DNA of 64,000 nucleotides from Calditrichia bacterium (GCA_050633245.1 JBOEGD010000020.1:77438-141437), one strand, 5' to 3'. Shown: positions 48,492 to 59,614, counted from the stretch's first letter. Translations and numbers: made by a program. The notes: a model not told the origin generated them from the sequence alone.

Positions 48492-51400
48492 ATGGTGAAG
48501 GTTACTGATAAATATCGACACATATTGGTATTGTTATTATGTACGGTTTTCGGCGTGTATGCCCAGACCAATAAGCAGCTAAATGGTCCATTGGTGTATG
48601 CTGCGCATATACTCGATGATGATAATGGTGGAAATAGTAGTGGAAATGGTAATGGGTTGGCGAATCCCGGTGAAACGATCGAGCTGTTTGTTGATCTGTT
48701 TAATCAAGGCTCAGATTCTGCTACTGCCGTGAGCATGACTATCTCGGAAGATAGTCCGTTTATCAATGGCCTGCTGTTTAATAACACTTCCGGCTATCCA
48801 AATATAGCAGCCGGTGAGACCGGCAGAAACACAGACGATTTTTGTTTTTTGCTGGATGCCAACGCTCCGGATGGACACATAATTACGTTTAGTATTGAAG
48901 CCACATCTGCTGAGGGCGGTCCCTGGAACAGCAGCTTTCAGGTAAGTGTTGTGGGGCTGGGCAATGCTGGTCCGCTGGTTTATGTGTCTCATTTTATTGA
49001 TGATGATAATGCCGGTAATAGTAATGGAAATGGTGACGGCATCCTAAATCCCGGTGAGACAGCAGAAATCTTTATCGACTTATTAAACCAGGGCCCCGAT
49101 CCGGCTACAGAGGTAAATGCAATCCTTTCTGAAGATAGTCCCTATATAAGCGGATTTCTATTTAATGATAGCTCAGACTATCCGGATATCCCGGGCGGCG
49201 GCACCGAGCGCAATAGCGATGACTGGTGCTTTTTTATCGATCCTGCTGCCCCGGATGGACATGTCATAACATTTACCATTGTAGACAGCTCGGCGGAGGG
49301 TGGTCCATGGACAAACAGCTTCTCCTTAACGGTCGTTGGTCCGGGTAATGCCGGCCCGCTCATTTATTCAGCGCATTTGGTTGACGATGATAATCGTCAG
49401 AATAGCAGCGGTAATGGTGATGGAATTGTAAACGGTGGTGAAACCATTGAGTTGTTTGTCGATATCCTGAATCAGGGACCAGATCCTGCATCCGATGTCG
49501 TTGTGACTCTTTCTGAGGATAGTCCGTATATCGATAATTTTCTTTTTAACAATACGTCAACATACAATGATATTCCCGGCGGCGTTGCAAATCGAAATAT
49601 TAATGATTTCTGTTTCTATATGGATCCACTGGTGCCCGATGGCCATGTTATTAATTTCTCGGTAGTCGCATCTGCCCTGCAGGGTGGTCCGTGGAGCAGC
49701 TCTTTCAGTATCACGGTGTCTAATATCGGTGCCCCGGGCATTTTACAGCTTGCCGATATTGTGTTGGACGATGACGCCGCAGGCGGTAGCAATGGTAATG
49801 GCGACGGTATTGTAAACTCTGGTGAAACGATTGAACTGATGTTCTCGTTATCGAATCTCGGAAGTGGCCCTGCAACGGGTGTCGGTGCAGTGCTGTCTGA
49901 AGACAGTCCGTTTATTGATGGATTTATCTCGTCCGACAGTTCGGGCTTCCCAAACATCCCCGGTGGCGGTCAGGCATTTTCAAATAATGCATTTGTTTTT
50001 CAGGTAGACCCGGCGACACCGGATGGTCACGTCGCGAACTTCACTATTTCTGCCAGTGCTGCACATGGCGGCCCCTGGACAGGCTCATTTAGCATTATGG
50101 TGGCAGAGCTTGCCTCCGGTACTGGCAGTTCCATCTGTTTGAATACCTCATCTGCTTTGATTCCGGGGGAAGTCGGGACACTCGTCCTGCTGACCGTGGA
50201 GCTCGGCAATCCAAGTCCGATTACACCGCCGGAAGACCTACAGTCACTGTCGTTTGATTTACAATGGGATAAAGCCGATCTGTTTGGATTTGATACCGCC
50301 TCTGCGGGCGGGTTCCTCGGAACGAACCCGAATGTAACGATTTCCAGCACATCCAACTCGATGCAGGCTGCGCTTACACCGACGAGCGGTGTGACCGGTA
50401 GTGGAGTTGCTCTGAATATTCAGCTTGTGGTAGAAGAATCACCAGAAAACCCTGACACGGTGCGATTGTCAATTTCAAATATTGTTGCTTTGCAGAGCAG
50501 TGGTAGTACTCTTTTGCTCGAGAACTGTGGTCCGCTGGACATCGCGGTTACGTCTACCAACAACCAGGTTGCTCCAACTATTGCAGCCATTTCCGATACT
50601 CTGATTCCGGAAGGCGCTCCGGCTTGTATACCGATACTTTCGAGTGATGGCAATGGAGATCCGCTAACGCTAAGCGTTGAGAATATGCCGAGCTTTGGTC
50701 AGCTGATCGACAATGGAAATGGAAGTGGGATGATTAACCTGGAGCCGGGATTTGAAGATGCCGGTGACTATGGAACGCTGTTGGTTATTACCCGTGACCC
50801 GGGTGGATTAGCCGATAGTGCGGCTTTTCAACTGCAAGTTTCTAACGTAAACCGATTGCCTATTGTTGATGTGCTTGATGATCGTGTAATGCAGGAGAAT
50901 GATACACTGGAAGTCTCCGTCGCAACCTTCGACCCGGATGGTGATCCGTTGACAATTACGGCTGCAAATGTGCCGTCGTTCGCACAATTTGTAGACAATG
51001 GAGACGGAAGTGCGAAATTTACGTTTGCACCAAGCTTTGCTGATGCTGGATTTTACGATAACATTCAAGTTACTGCGACCGAAACCTCCGGCAGTGCATT
51101 TGCCTCAGAAAGCTTTACCCTAACGGTTAATAATCTTAACCGTGCACCGTCTATTGTGCCTATTGCCGATCAGAATATTGATGAAGGAACAAGACGCGTG
51201 GTGGAGGTTATGGCAACTGACCCGGATAGTGATGTGTTGACCGTCGAGCTGAGCAATCAGCCGCAATTTGTTGCGCTTTTCGATAGCAGTGATGGTAATC
51301 GCTATATCGAAATCGCGCCAGGTGCCGATGATGAGGGACTCTACTCTATCAATATTACCGCAACTGATCCGCAGGGCGCGAGTGCGGCAGACACATTTCA

Positions 51401-51719
51401 GGTTCAGGTAGCGAATGTGCTTGGTCTTGAGGATGGGCGAATTGGCGGCATCCCGTCAGAATTTGAGCTACTACAAAATTATCCGAATCCATTTAACCCG
51501 ACAACGACAATTGCTTTTGGACTGCCAGAGTCTGGTGAAGTGAAGGTGAGCTTGTATAATGCTGTTGGTCAGCAGGTTGCGGTTGTTGTTGAGGAGCAGC
51601 TTGAAGCTGGTTATCATACCCGTACGCTCGATGGACGAAATCTGCCGAGCGGCATCTATTTATATCGAATGGAGGCGAAAGGGTTTCAACAGATAAAAAA
51701 GTTGGTCTTATTGAAGTAA
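48492..51719 (+). CDS. Large secreted repeat protein: four acidic Ig-like repeats, cohesin-like module, three cadherin-like domains, sorting CTD
   Basis: Four DDDxxxxSxGNGxGxxNxGET repeats about 130 aa apart; DPDGD and NRAP motifs; QNYPNPFNP CTD. Confidence 0.88.
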   Translation: MVKVTDKYRHILVLLLCTVFGVYAQTNKQLNGPLVYAAHILDDDNGGNSSGNGNGLANPGETIELFVDLFNQGSDSATAVSMTISEDSPFINGLLFNNTSGYPNIAAGETGRNTDDFCFLLDANAPDGHIITFSIEATSAEGGPWNSSFQVSVVGLGNAGPLVYVSHFIDDDNAGNSNGNGDGILNPGETAEIFIDLLNQGPDPATEVNAILSEDSPYISGFLFNDSSDYPDIPGGGTERNSDDWCFFIDPAAPDGHVITFTIVDSSAEGGPWTNSFSLTVVGPGNAGPLIYSAHLVDDDNRQNSSGNGDGIVNGGETIELFVDILNQGPDPASDVVVTLSEDSPYIDNFLFNNTSTYNDIPGGVANRNINDFCFYMDPLVPDGHVINFSVVASALQGGPWSSSFSITVSNIGAPGILQLADIVLDDDAAGGSNGNGDGIVNSGETIELMFSLSNLGSGPATGVGAVLSEDSPFIDGFISSDSSGFPNIPGGGQAFSNNAFVFQVDPATPDGHVANFTISASAAHGGPWTGSFSIMVAELASGTGSSICLNTSSALIPGEVGTLVLLTVELGNPSPITPPEDLQSLSFDLQWDKADLFGFDTASAGGFLGTNPNVTISSTSNSMQAALTPTSGVTGSGVALNIQLVVEESPENPDTVRLSISNIVALQSSGSTLLLENCGPLDIAVTSTNNQVAPTIAAISDTLIPEGAPACIPILSSDGNGDPLTLSVENMPSFGQLIDNGNGSGMINLEPGFEDAGDYGTLLVITRDPGGLADSAAFQLQVSNVNRLPIVDVLDDRVMQENDTLEVSVATFDPDGDPLTITAANVPSFAQFVDNGDGSAKFTFAPSFADAGFYDNIQVTATETSGSAFASESFTLTVNNLNRAPSIVPIADQNIDEGTRRVVEVMATDPDSDVLTVELSNQPQFVALFDSSDGNRYIEIAPGADDEGLYSINITATDPQGASAADTFQVQVANVLGLEDGRIGGIPSEFELLQNYPNPFNPTTTIAFGLPESGEVKVSLYNAVGQQVAVVVEEQLEAGYHTRTLDGRNLPSGIYLYRMEAKGFQQIKKLVLLK

Positions 51720-51723
51720 GATC

Positions 51724-51765
51724 AAGAATCAGGGCGCGATAAGTGTTGCACCCTGATTCTTTGTT
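51724..51765. terminator. Terminator hairpin between convergent genes
   Basis: AAGAATCAGGG...CCCTGATTCTT. Confidence 0.7.
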
Positions 51766-51771
51766 AAATAG

Positions 51772-52206
51772 TTAGTTAACCAGCTTGGCTTCCTTCAAGC
51801 GATAAAACATGCCCATGGGATCATCTTCTACCAACTCGAGCACACCGCTCATAACAATGGTGTCATAGCTAAACTTGATGCCTGCTGGTGCATGCACTTC
51901 TACCATAGCCTCCGGTCCGCCGGGGGTGCAGAAAAAACAGGATCCGACAGGATTTGCGCTCAATACAAATTCTTTTTGCACTTCGGCATTATCCAATGGC
52001 ATCATAAAGCCTTTCAGCTCGATTGTTTTTCCGTCGAGATCCTGAACTTCTTTGCTGAAGTCGGGAATGTATCGGCTGTCTTCTTCTACCATTTTTACTT
52101 TACTGAGCGTGTCCCAGGAAACCTGGTTTTCACCTTCTTCACCCGCAAAGGCGATTAAGCTAAAGGCAATTAACAAGATGGCAATGCTTTTTCGATAGGT
52201 TCGCAT
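51772..52206 (-). CDS. DUF3299 family protein
   Basis: LDGKTIELKGFMMPL, CFFCTPGGP. Confidence 0.85.
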   Translation of the reverse strand: MRTYRKSIAILLIAFSLIAFAGEEGENQVSWDTLSKVKMVEEDSRYIPDFSKEVQDLDGKTIELKGFMMPLDNAEVQKEFVLSANPVGSCFFCTPGGPEAMVEVHAPAGIKFSYDTIVMSGVLELVEDDPMGMFYRLKEAKLVN

Positions 52207-52226
52207 ATGATGTACTCCTTAAGTGT

Positions 52227-52556
52227 CTACTTCTTAGGTGCAGGCCGCGGCGCCATGGTTACAAGCAGAACTAACTTTTCCTGCGTGTTGTTTTTTACTC
52301 CATGCGGCACAGTTGCTCGTGCAATAACGGCGTTACCGGCAGTCAAATCTCTAATTTCATTGCCGATGTCGAATGTCGCGATACCCTGCATAACGATGTA
52401 AATCTTATCTTCTGTTTTATGACTATGTACCTTCTGATGCTGCCCTGGCAAGAGGCAGTAGTGGTCGAAGAAAAGCTTGTCCGATTCAAAGATAGGAATC
52501 TTTTGCATTTTTTCTTCTTTAAAACCGATACAGTTTGACAATTTTATTGTTTCCAC
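52227..52556 (-). CDS. Cupin domain protein
   Basis: HSH...DKIY...G and PHGVKN. Confidence 0.88.
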   Translation of the reverse strand: METIKLSNCIGFKEEKMQKIPIFESDKLFFDHYCLLPGQHQKVHSHKTEDKIYIVMQGIATFDIGNEIRDLTAGNAVIARATVPHGVKNNTQEKLVLLVTMAPRPAPKK

Positions 52557-52642
52557 AAAACCTCATTTGTTTGCTTATTACAATATAAGAATCGCGATTT
52601 GTGAAGCAATGGCGGAAATTCAATTTTAAGGGTGAGCAGAGT

Positions 52643-53104
52643 ATGGATATCGTACCGATAGAACATCAACATCTTGACATTTGGTATCGTTTGGCGGCAA
52701 AGCTTTGGCCGGATGAAGATGAGGAGGGTGACCTCCCTGAAACACTTGCAGATGAATTGGCCAAACCGAATGTTTTTGCCTTTCTTGCACAGGCAGATCA
52801 ACAGTTTATCGGATTCGTTTATTTAACGTTGCGAGCAGACTATGTTGAGGGTTGCAGCGATAGTCCTACCGGATTTATCGAAGGACTTTATCTTGAGCCG
52901 GAGTATTGTGGAAAGGGCTTTGGTAGAGAACTTGTTCAGCTGGCAGAGCAGGTGGCCCGCGATAAAGGCTGTACTGAAATGGGTTCCAATGCACTAATTG
53001 ATAATACCGCAAGTCAGGCTTTTCATAAAGCTGTTGGGTTTGCTGAGGTTGTGCGGACGGTTTCGTTTATCAAGAGCATTGTTCCTGAGACCGATGCCGA
53101 TTGA
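52643..53104 (+). CDS. GNAT acetyltransferase, AAC(6')-I-like
   Basis: LRADYVEGCSDSPTGFIEG, GCTEMGS, FHKAVGF. Confidence 0.85.
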   Translation: MDIVPIEHQHLDIWYRLAAKLWPDEDEEGDLPETLADELAKPNVFAFLAQADQQFIGFVYLTLRADYVEGCSDSPTGFIEGLYLEPEYCGKGFGRELVQLAEQVARDKGCTEMGSNALIDNTASQAFHKAVGFAEVVRTVSFIKSIVPETDAD

Positions 53105-53169
53105 TTTTTATTCTATTTGAAGGGTAGAACTCGGCTGCCTACTTTACAGGCTTACTTTTCGGGTGCCCT

Positions 53170-54447
53170 ATGCTTCATAAAACATCATCTGTCTTAACGA
53201 ACCTATCGTTTGAAAGCCGCTTTCCCTTTTTTTACGGGTGGGTGATTATGGTTGTTGCGACGCTCGGCATCATCATGACTTCTCCCGGACAAACCTACGC
53301 CGTTTCTATATTCATTGAACACTTCATAAATGATCTGAATATTAGTCGCTCACTTGTAAGCACACTATATGCAATTGCAACGGTTGTTGGCAGCCTGGCT
53401 CTTCCCTTTGTTGGAAAGCAGATTGATAAACGCGGTTCGCGTACCGTAATGGTTCTCGCCACGATTGCCTTGGGATGCGCCTGCATTTTTATGGGGCTGG
53501 TGCGAAATGCACTTATGCTGGGTGTCGGCTTCGTGCTCATTCGCATGCTTGGTCAGGGGGCACTGGGGATAGTAAGTAAAAACGTAATTAATTTGTGGTG
53601 GGTACGCCGTCGTGGCACGGTTAATGGTATTGCCGGGCTTTTAACAGCGATAATAGGGCTTGGCGGTTTCCCTATATTAATTACCTGGCTAATTGCATTT
53701 TTCGGCTGGCAAACGGCTTATTCAATTCTCGGACTCATGCTGTTCTTGTTTATGCTGCCCCTGACCTATTTGTTTATACGCAACTCACCTGAGTCACTTG
53801 GCTTGCTACCTGATGGTGGCCTGGAAGATTCTTCGAACACAAAATCTGCCATATCGACTCCCGAAGAGCATTGGACTCGCTATGAGGCTGTTCATACGAA
53901 AGCCTTTTGGCTGATGGCTTTGGGGCTGGCTACAATCGCGATGCTGTCTACCGGTTTGTTTTTTCATATGGTTAGTATCTTTCAAGAGCATGACCTTGGC
54001 GCTGCGTCAGTAGCATTGGCTTTCTTGCCGATGGCTGTGGCGATGGCTGTTGTCAATTTGGCCAGCGGCATTTTAGCAGATCGTTTACCGGTCCGCTTTC
54101 TCTTGGCCACGGGGCTTTTATGTATCGCAGGCTCCTTGATATTGGTTCAGTATTTACAGGGAGAGTTGACAATTCTTTTCTACGGTGTATTGCTTGGTTC
54201 GGCACTGGGGCTAACAAATACCGTAAACAGCGTGGGCTGGGCAAATTACTTTGGCAGACACTATCTTGGTAGTATTGTCGGTTTATCAGCTACTATAATG
54301 GTTGTGGGGTCTGCGATTGGACCACTGCCATTCGGATATGCAAAGGATTTGTTGGGAAACTACGATCTCACACTAACCCTCAGTGCAATCATTCCAGTGG
54401 TGCTTGCTATAGGTAATCTGCTCGTTCTAAAGCCATCCAGGCAATAG
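53170..54447 (+). CDS. MFS transporter
   Basis: FYGWVI, GKQIDKRGSR, GILADR, YFGRHYLG. Confidence 0.92.
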   Translation: MLHKTSSVLTNLSFESRFPFFYGWVIMVVATLGIIMTSPGQTYAVSIFIEHFINDLNISRSLVSTLYAIATVVGSLALPFVGKQIDKRGSRTVMVLATIALGCACIFMGLVRNALMLGVGFVLIRMLGQGALGIVSKNVINLWWVRRRGTVNGIAGLLTAIIGLGGFPILITWLIAFFGWQTAYSILGLMLFLFMLPLTYLFIRNSPESLGLLPDGGLEDSSNTKSAISTPEEHWTRYEAVHTKAFWLMALGLATIAMLSTGLFFHMVSIFQEHDLGAASVALAFLPMAVAMAVVNLASGILADRLPVRFLLATGLLCIAGSLILVQYLQGELTILFYGVLLGSALGLTNTVNSVGWANYFGRHYLGSIVGLSATIMVVGSAIGPLPFGYAKDLLGNYDLTLTLSAIIPVVLAIGNLLVLKPSRQ

Positions 54448-54758
54448 CCTCTACTGCGATATCAACATCAATGTTTTAGAATACTACCCTTAGTTGCGAA
54501 TAGTTAATTAAGCGTCGAAACTTTTGCACGATCAATATTTCTTTAGTATTCTTGAATAATCATGCATTATGTGACAGTGTTATGCAATTTTCGGTCATAA
54601 TTATATGTAAACACTGATTGTACGTTGCGAAAGTGCAAAAAATTCAATATTCTAAAATAGGATACTCAAATGATGCCGGCATTTGGTAGACATTGTTTCA
54701 GGTTGCAGACGTTTCTTAGAGATCATTATTATTTGAACGTTACAGGGAAGAACTAACC

Positions 54759-55232
54759 ATGAAACCGCCATTAAAAGCTACTGATGTTGTTGCGCATGTG
54801 ATTGCCAACTACAAGGGAATTGTTCGGAAACGTGCCTTTGGTGAGACGTCTCTTTTTTATAATCCTGCCCACGAGTTACCAAACGGCATCTACTTCGTTA
54901 CGGTAAAAGAAAACGACAGTGAAAACGATAGTGCTTCCGCTTTAAACAGGGACGGCGTATTCAGAGTTAATCTGGCTATCGGCGAACGCAGCTTTATCGC
55001 CCGCTTTGGTCAAAAACCCGAGCGACCCACTGTCGGGGCTGTTGTTGAAATGCCGTATGATTTCAGTGCTCTGGATACGATTATGCCGCACCCCAACTAT
55101 GCCTGGATGAACTATGTGTGCGTGCTCAGCCCGAGCCGAAAAACATTTTTAGACCTGCATCCGCTTATGGAAGAAGCGTATCAATTAGCCAAGAAAAAAT
55201 TCGAAGAACGGGTACGAAATCGCGAAATATAA
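54759..55232 (+). CDS. DUF6194-like protein
   Basis: YFVTVKEND, LNRDGVFRVN, IMPHPNY. Confidence 0.75.
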   Translation: MKPPLKATDVVAHVIANYKGIVRKRAFGETSLFYNPAHELPNGIYFVTVKENDSENDSASALNRDGVFRVNLAIGERSFIARFGQKPERPTVGAVVEMPYDFSALDTIMPHPNYAWMNYVCVLSPSRKTFLDLHPLMEEAYQLAKKKFEERVRNREI

Positions 55233-55249
55233 AGACACGGAAAAAGTGT

Positions 55250-58200
55250 ATGATACGAATGCGACAGTCTTTTGTTTTTTTTAGTCTTCTTACTTTCCTC
55301 CTCTCTCAACATCTCTTTGCTCAATTACTCAATTCGGATATCCATGCCCAGGTTAAGGTGTACGTCGATAGCCCTGAAGAGATTGCTTCTTTGCAGGAAG
55401 CCGGAATGGAGTTCGACCACATTCATAAGGAGGCTGGAGCATTCATCGCCGTTTTAACTTCTCGCGATATTGCCTTGTTAGATAAACTTGATAAACCCTA
55501 TGATATCTTGGTACCCGATGTTCAAGCCAGCTATAATTCGCGCGAACAGCTTTCAGCATTGGAATCGAGTGAGCTGGAAGCGGAGATGCGGGAAACTTAT
55601 GGAATGCAGGGCTTTGGCTTCGGTAGTATGGGTGGTTACTATACGTTTACCGAGGTTGTCGCGCAACTCGATTCCATGAGCACTCTATACCCCAATTTGA
55701 TAACGGTTAAACAGTCTATCGGCTCGTCACTTGAAGGACGGGAAATCTGGATGGTCAAGATTTCCGATAACCCAGAGGTTAATGAAGGTGAACCGGAAAT
55801 TCTATATACTTCGCTGCATCATGCACGTGAACCACAAGGGATGGCAACCGTTCTCTATTTTATGTACCACCTGCTGGAAAACTATGGAACAGATCCTGAA
55901 GTCACATACCTTGTTAATAATCGCGAGCTTTACTTTGTGCCGGTTGTAAATCCCGATGGCTATGTTTATAACGAGCAGACAAACCCGAACGGTGGTGGTA
56001 ACTGGCGGAAAAATCGCCGACCGAATAGCGGTGGATCTTTTGGTGTGGATTTGAATCGAAATTATGGCTATGAGTGGGGATTTGATAATTCCGGCTCCAG
56101 TCCGGATCCGACCAGCAACACGTATCGTGGTACATCCGGGTTCTCTGAGCCTGAGACACAAGTTCTTCGTGATTTTACTTACCAGCACGACTTTAAGCTG
56201 GCCTTTAACTATCACAGCTACAGCAATTTGTTGATTTATCCCTGGGGATACATCGGCGACTTTTTAACTCCTGATTCATCATTGTTTGTCGATCTGGCTG
56301 TTGACATGACGCAATTCAACAATTACACCTATGGAACGGCAAATCAGACGGTTGGCTATCTGGTAAATGGTGAGGCGAACGACTGGTTCTACGGCGAACA
56401 GGTTGGACGCGATAAAACCTACGCGTTTACCCCGGAAGTCGGTAGCTTCAGCGATAACTTCTGGCCGCCACAGTCGCGCATTTTTCCACTGGCGCAGGAA
56501 AATGTCTATCCCAATATGGTGCTCGCTTTGGGCCCGGATGTGATTGTTGCCGATTTGGATGATCCGAATCCACCGACAGATGTTAGTGCCTACAGTGACT
56601 TCAATACGCCCACCGCGATAATTTTAAGCTGGCAAGATCCTACAAATTTCTTCGGCGGTGATACATTGCTGCCCGGCGAACTAACTATTGAGATTGAACG
56701 TGACGGTACTGCGCTCGCTACCGTCAGTGGCGGGACAGAAATTTATCTCGACAATGGTCTTACCGAAGGACAAAGCTATAGTTATGATCTGTATGCAAAG
56801 GTTTTAGCAACCGATAGCACCAGTGAAGTTGTTTCCATTAGTCGAATTGCCGGCGGGTCGCCGATCCCGTCAGCACCGCGCAATCTCACGGTCGTGCAGG
56901 CTGGTAATAATCTGAAGCTACGCTGGCAAAATCCCGCGGTAAACGATGACAATTCACCAATGGGTGACTTTGCGGGCATTCGCCTGTATGAAAACGGCGC
57001 TCTCGCTCAAACGCTCAGCCGCAGCAATGCGGATACGTCTGCACTCGACTCTCTTCAAATTCCTCAACCTGTGGGAACGAAACGTTATTATTTAACGGCA
57101 ATTGACGATAACTCTCCTGCCAATGAAAGCACACCAGGTAATACTGCCTTCTCGCCACTTTCTATTCCGTTTCAAGACATGTTTGCTATGGACTCATTAA
57201 ATGACGGCTACTGGAATAATTCTGGTGCCGGTGTAGATAATACCAGCCAGAGTCCGCCATCCACCCCTTTTAGCCTGCGCCTCAATGGAAATCTTGGGGG
57301 AGATGTGGTTACGCTCAGTCCGGTCGATCTTTCGAATGCCGCTGGCTTGGGATATGTTTTTGTTTTTTGGGTGCAGCCGCAGGGAACTCAGAATGCTCCT
57401 GAAACAGCCGACATTTTTATTGCTGAATGTTTAAATGATCAGGGGACCTGGGTCGAGGTCTACCAGCAGCCGGGCACGAACGTTCTGCCGTTTGCGCAGC
57501 AGACAATCGCACTCGATGTTGCCCCCAGCGGTAGCGGGACTTTTTTCCACAGCGCATTCCAATTCCGTTTTCGAACCAGCAGCACACCGGTTGGTGAATT
57601 CGATGACTGGTATGTCGACGACGTTTTTCTTGGACCGACAAATTTTGCACCGGTGATGTCCGTGAATCCCCGGCAGATTTCCGAAACCTTGCTGGTTGGT
57701 GGAACCGCAAGCAGCTCTTTTGATATTAGCAATCAAAATGCGTTGCCAAGTACGTTGAACTATAGCGTTGCCGGGGCCTCAGCCGTAAACTGGTTGACGG
57801 TTTCTCCCGAAAGTGGTGTCGTGTCTTCAAATAGCTCGGAAACAGTGAGTGTGGCAATAAATGCTTCAGGTTTACCAATTGGAAACTATATAGCAAACTT
57901 AGTTGTCTCGGGAAGCGACCCAAGCAACCCTGTCGATTCGGTTGTGGTTCAGCTTAGTGTTACCGATGCGCCGATTGCCCGTTTGGATGTCGATTCATTG
58001 ATGACCAGAGCCTTGCTTAATGGTGAAAGCGATTCCCTTGCTTTTATGCTCTTCAATGATGGCGCTGGAGAACTGCAGTTCGACCTTTCTGCTGAACAGT
58101 CCGGTGCGAGCAAAAGAGAATTACTTTATGAACAAAAACAGAAGCCAACCCGTCGCACAGCTAAAGGTGGAAATCAGCCGACGTTCGGTGAAATGACCGC

Positions 58201-59611
58201 CGGACGTGGTGGCCCGGATCCTTTTGGGTATGTCTGGATAGATAGCGATGAGCCGGGAGGGCCGCTCTATAGCTTTACCGATATCTCAACCAGCGGAACA
58301 GCACTGACCTTAACGGCCACCGGCACGTTTTCTGAACTGGATGAAGGTATGGCAACGGTGAATCTGCCATTCCCGATTTCACTGTATGGGGACACCTATT
58401 CCCAGGTTCAGGTAAATACCAACGGCATATTGATTTTCGATATGAACTATTTTGATAACAGCTTTGATAATCAGGGTATTCCAAATGCCAATGCGCCGAA
58501 TCTTATTGTTGCCCCCTTTTGGGATGATTTAGATGGCTCTGCGGGCGGAACAATATATGCCGACCAGGTTGGCAATCGCTTTATCATCCAATGGGATGGT
58601 TGGGGGCACTATCCTGCCGGAACCGAAAACCTGACGTTTCAAGTTGTGTTGTATGAAAATTCTTCTACGATGTCGTTTGCCTACGACACGATTGTTGATG
58701 AAGGCTCATCGACATTCGGTATCGAAAATATCGATGGTACGGTAGGGCTGGAAATGGCGTTTAATCAGAACTATGTTCATAACCAGCTTCTGGTAAATAT
58801 TAGTCTCGGCGCAGACTGGCTGGCACTTTCTCCGCAAAACGGTAGCGTGGCCGCAGGAGATTCGCTGTTGGTTACAGCCATAGGTAATGCGGGTGGGCTA
58901 TCGCCATCCATATATCGCGCTGATATTGCCGTAAATAGTAACGACCCGGTGAACCCGGAGTTAACCTTTCCGTTTATAATGCCGGTGAATGGTGGAGCCG
59001 TAATCGCTGCATCAGCAGATAGCGTGGTTTTCGACTCCGTGCGAGTTGGTGAAACGGCAACCCGGATACTTTCCATACAAAATAATGGAAGTGAGCTGTT
59101 GGTTGTTTCCGACGTGCTGTCCGGCAATAGTGTTTTTTCTGTCGATAGCACGCAGTTCACCGTTGCTGCCGGAGCCAGCAAAGATATTGAAATAGGTTTT
59201 ACGCCAACGGATGTTATTTCCTATATCAGTGAGCTTTTAGTTGCACATAATGATGCTTTACAAGATACCTTGCGTGTGGCTCTTCGTGGAATTGGCGAGG
59301 TGCCTGTTGGTATTGAAGAAGATAATTTACCGACGGAGTTTGCACTGGGTAAAAATTACCCGAATCCTTTTAATCCGTCAACGCAAATAGACTATCAGGT
59401 CCCGCAACCAGCTTCGATCAGACTGGCTGTGTACAACATCCTGGGCCAGCGCGTTCGCATACTATTCGATGGCGATCAGCAGCCGGGCTATCATACTGTT
59501 CAGTGGGATGGTCGTAACGAATTTGGAGATCAGGTTGGAACCGGTGTCTATATCTATCGTTTGGAGTCTCAGGAATTTGTTGAAACCCGTAAGATGGTAT
59601 TGATGAAGTAA
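55250..59611 (+). CDS. Secreted M14 zinc carboxypeptidase (CPT-like) with FN3/BACON/Ig accessory domains and FlgD-like CTD
   Basis: HHARE, NPDG, WRKNR, GVDLNRN, FSEPET, YHSYS, FTPEVG; KNYPNPFNP; start moved to 55250. Confidence 0.93.
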   Translation: MIRMRQSFVFFSLLTFLLSQHLFAQLLNSDIHAQVKVYVDSPEEIASLQEAGMEFDHIHKEAGAFIAVLTSRDIALLDKLDKPYDILVPDVQASYNSREQLSALESSELEAEMRETYGMQGFGFGSMGGYYTFTEVVAQLDSMSTLYPNLITVKQSIGSSLEGREIWMVKISDNPEVNEGEPEILYTSLHHAREPQGMATVLYFMYHLLENYGTDPEVTYLVNNRELYFVPVVNPDGYVYNEQTNPNGGGNWRKNRRPNSGGSFGVDLNRNYGYEWGFDNSGSSPDPTSNTYRGTSGFSEPETQVLRDFTYQHDFKLAFNYHSYSNLLIYPWGYIGDFLTPDSSLFVDLAVDMTQFNNYTYGTANQTVGYLVNGEANDWFYGEQVGRDKTYAFTPEVGSFSDNFWPPQSRIFPLAQENVYPNMVLALGPDVIVADLDDPNPPTDVSAYSDFNTPTAIILSWQDPTNFFGGDTLLPGELTIEIERDGTALATVSGGTEIYLDNGLTEGQSYSYDLYAKVLATDSTSEVVSISRIAGGSPIPSAPRNLTVVQAGNNLKLRWQNPAVNDDNSPMGDFAGIRLYENGALAQTLSRSNADTSALDSLQIPQPVGTKRYYLTAIDDNSPANESTPGNTAFSPLSIPFQDMFAMDSLNDGYWNNSGAGVDNTSQSPPSTPFSLRLNGNLGGDVVTLSPVDLSNAAGLGYVFVFWVQPQGTQNAPETADIFIAECLNDQGTWVEVYQQPGTNVLPFAQQTIALDVAPSGSGTFFHSAFQFRFRTSSTPVGEFDDWYVDDVFLGPTNFAPVMSVNPRQISETLLVGGTASSSFDISNQNALPSTLNYSVAGASAVNWLTVSPESGVVSSNSSETVSVAINASGLPIGNYIANLVVSGSDPSNPVDSVVVQLSVTDAPIARLDVDSLMTRALLNGESDSLAFMLFNDGAGELQFDLSAEQSGASKRELLYEQKQKPTRRTAKGGNQPTFGEMTAGRGGPDPFGYVWIDSDEPGGPLYSFTDISTSGTALTLTATGTFSELDEGMATVNLPFPISLYGDTYSQVQVNTNGILIFDMNYFDNSFDNQGIPNANAPNLIVAPFWDDLDGSAGGTIYADQVGNRFIIQWDGWGHYPAGTENLTFQVVLYENSSTMSFAYDTIVDEGSSTFGIENIDGTVGLEMAFNQNYVHNQLLVNISLGADWLALSPQNGSVAAGDSLLVTAIGNAGGLSPSIYRADIAVNSNDPVNPELTFPFIMPVNGGAVIAASADSVVFDSVRVGETATRILSIQNNGSELLVVSDVLSGNSVFSVDSTQFTVAAGASKDIEIGFTPTDVISYISELLVAHNDALQDTLRVALRGIGEVPVGIEEDNLPTEFALGKNYPNPFNPSTQIDYQVPQPASIRLAVYNILGQRVRILFDGDQQPGYHTVQWDGRNEFGDQVGTGVYIYRLESQEFVETRKMVLMK

Positions 59612-59614
59612 GAA

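Noticed and set aside
55118-55249. N-terminal extension of the M14 peptidase in the ORF track
   Set aside because: Overlaps the upstream gene; the signal peptide starts at 55250 or 55259.
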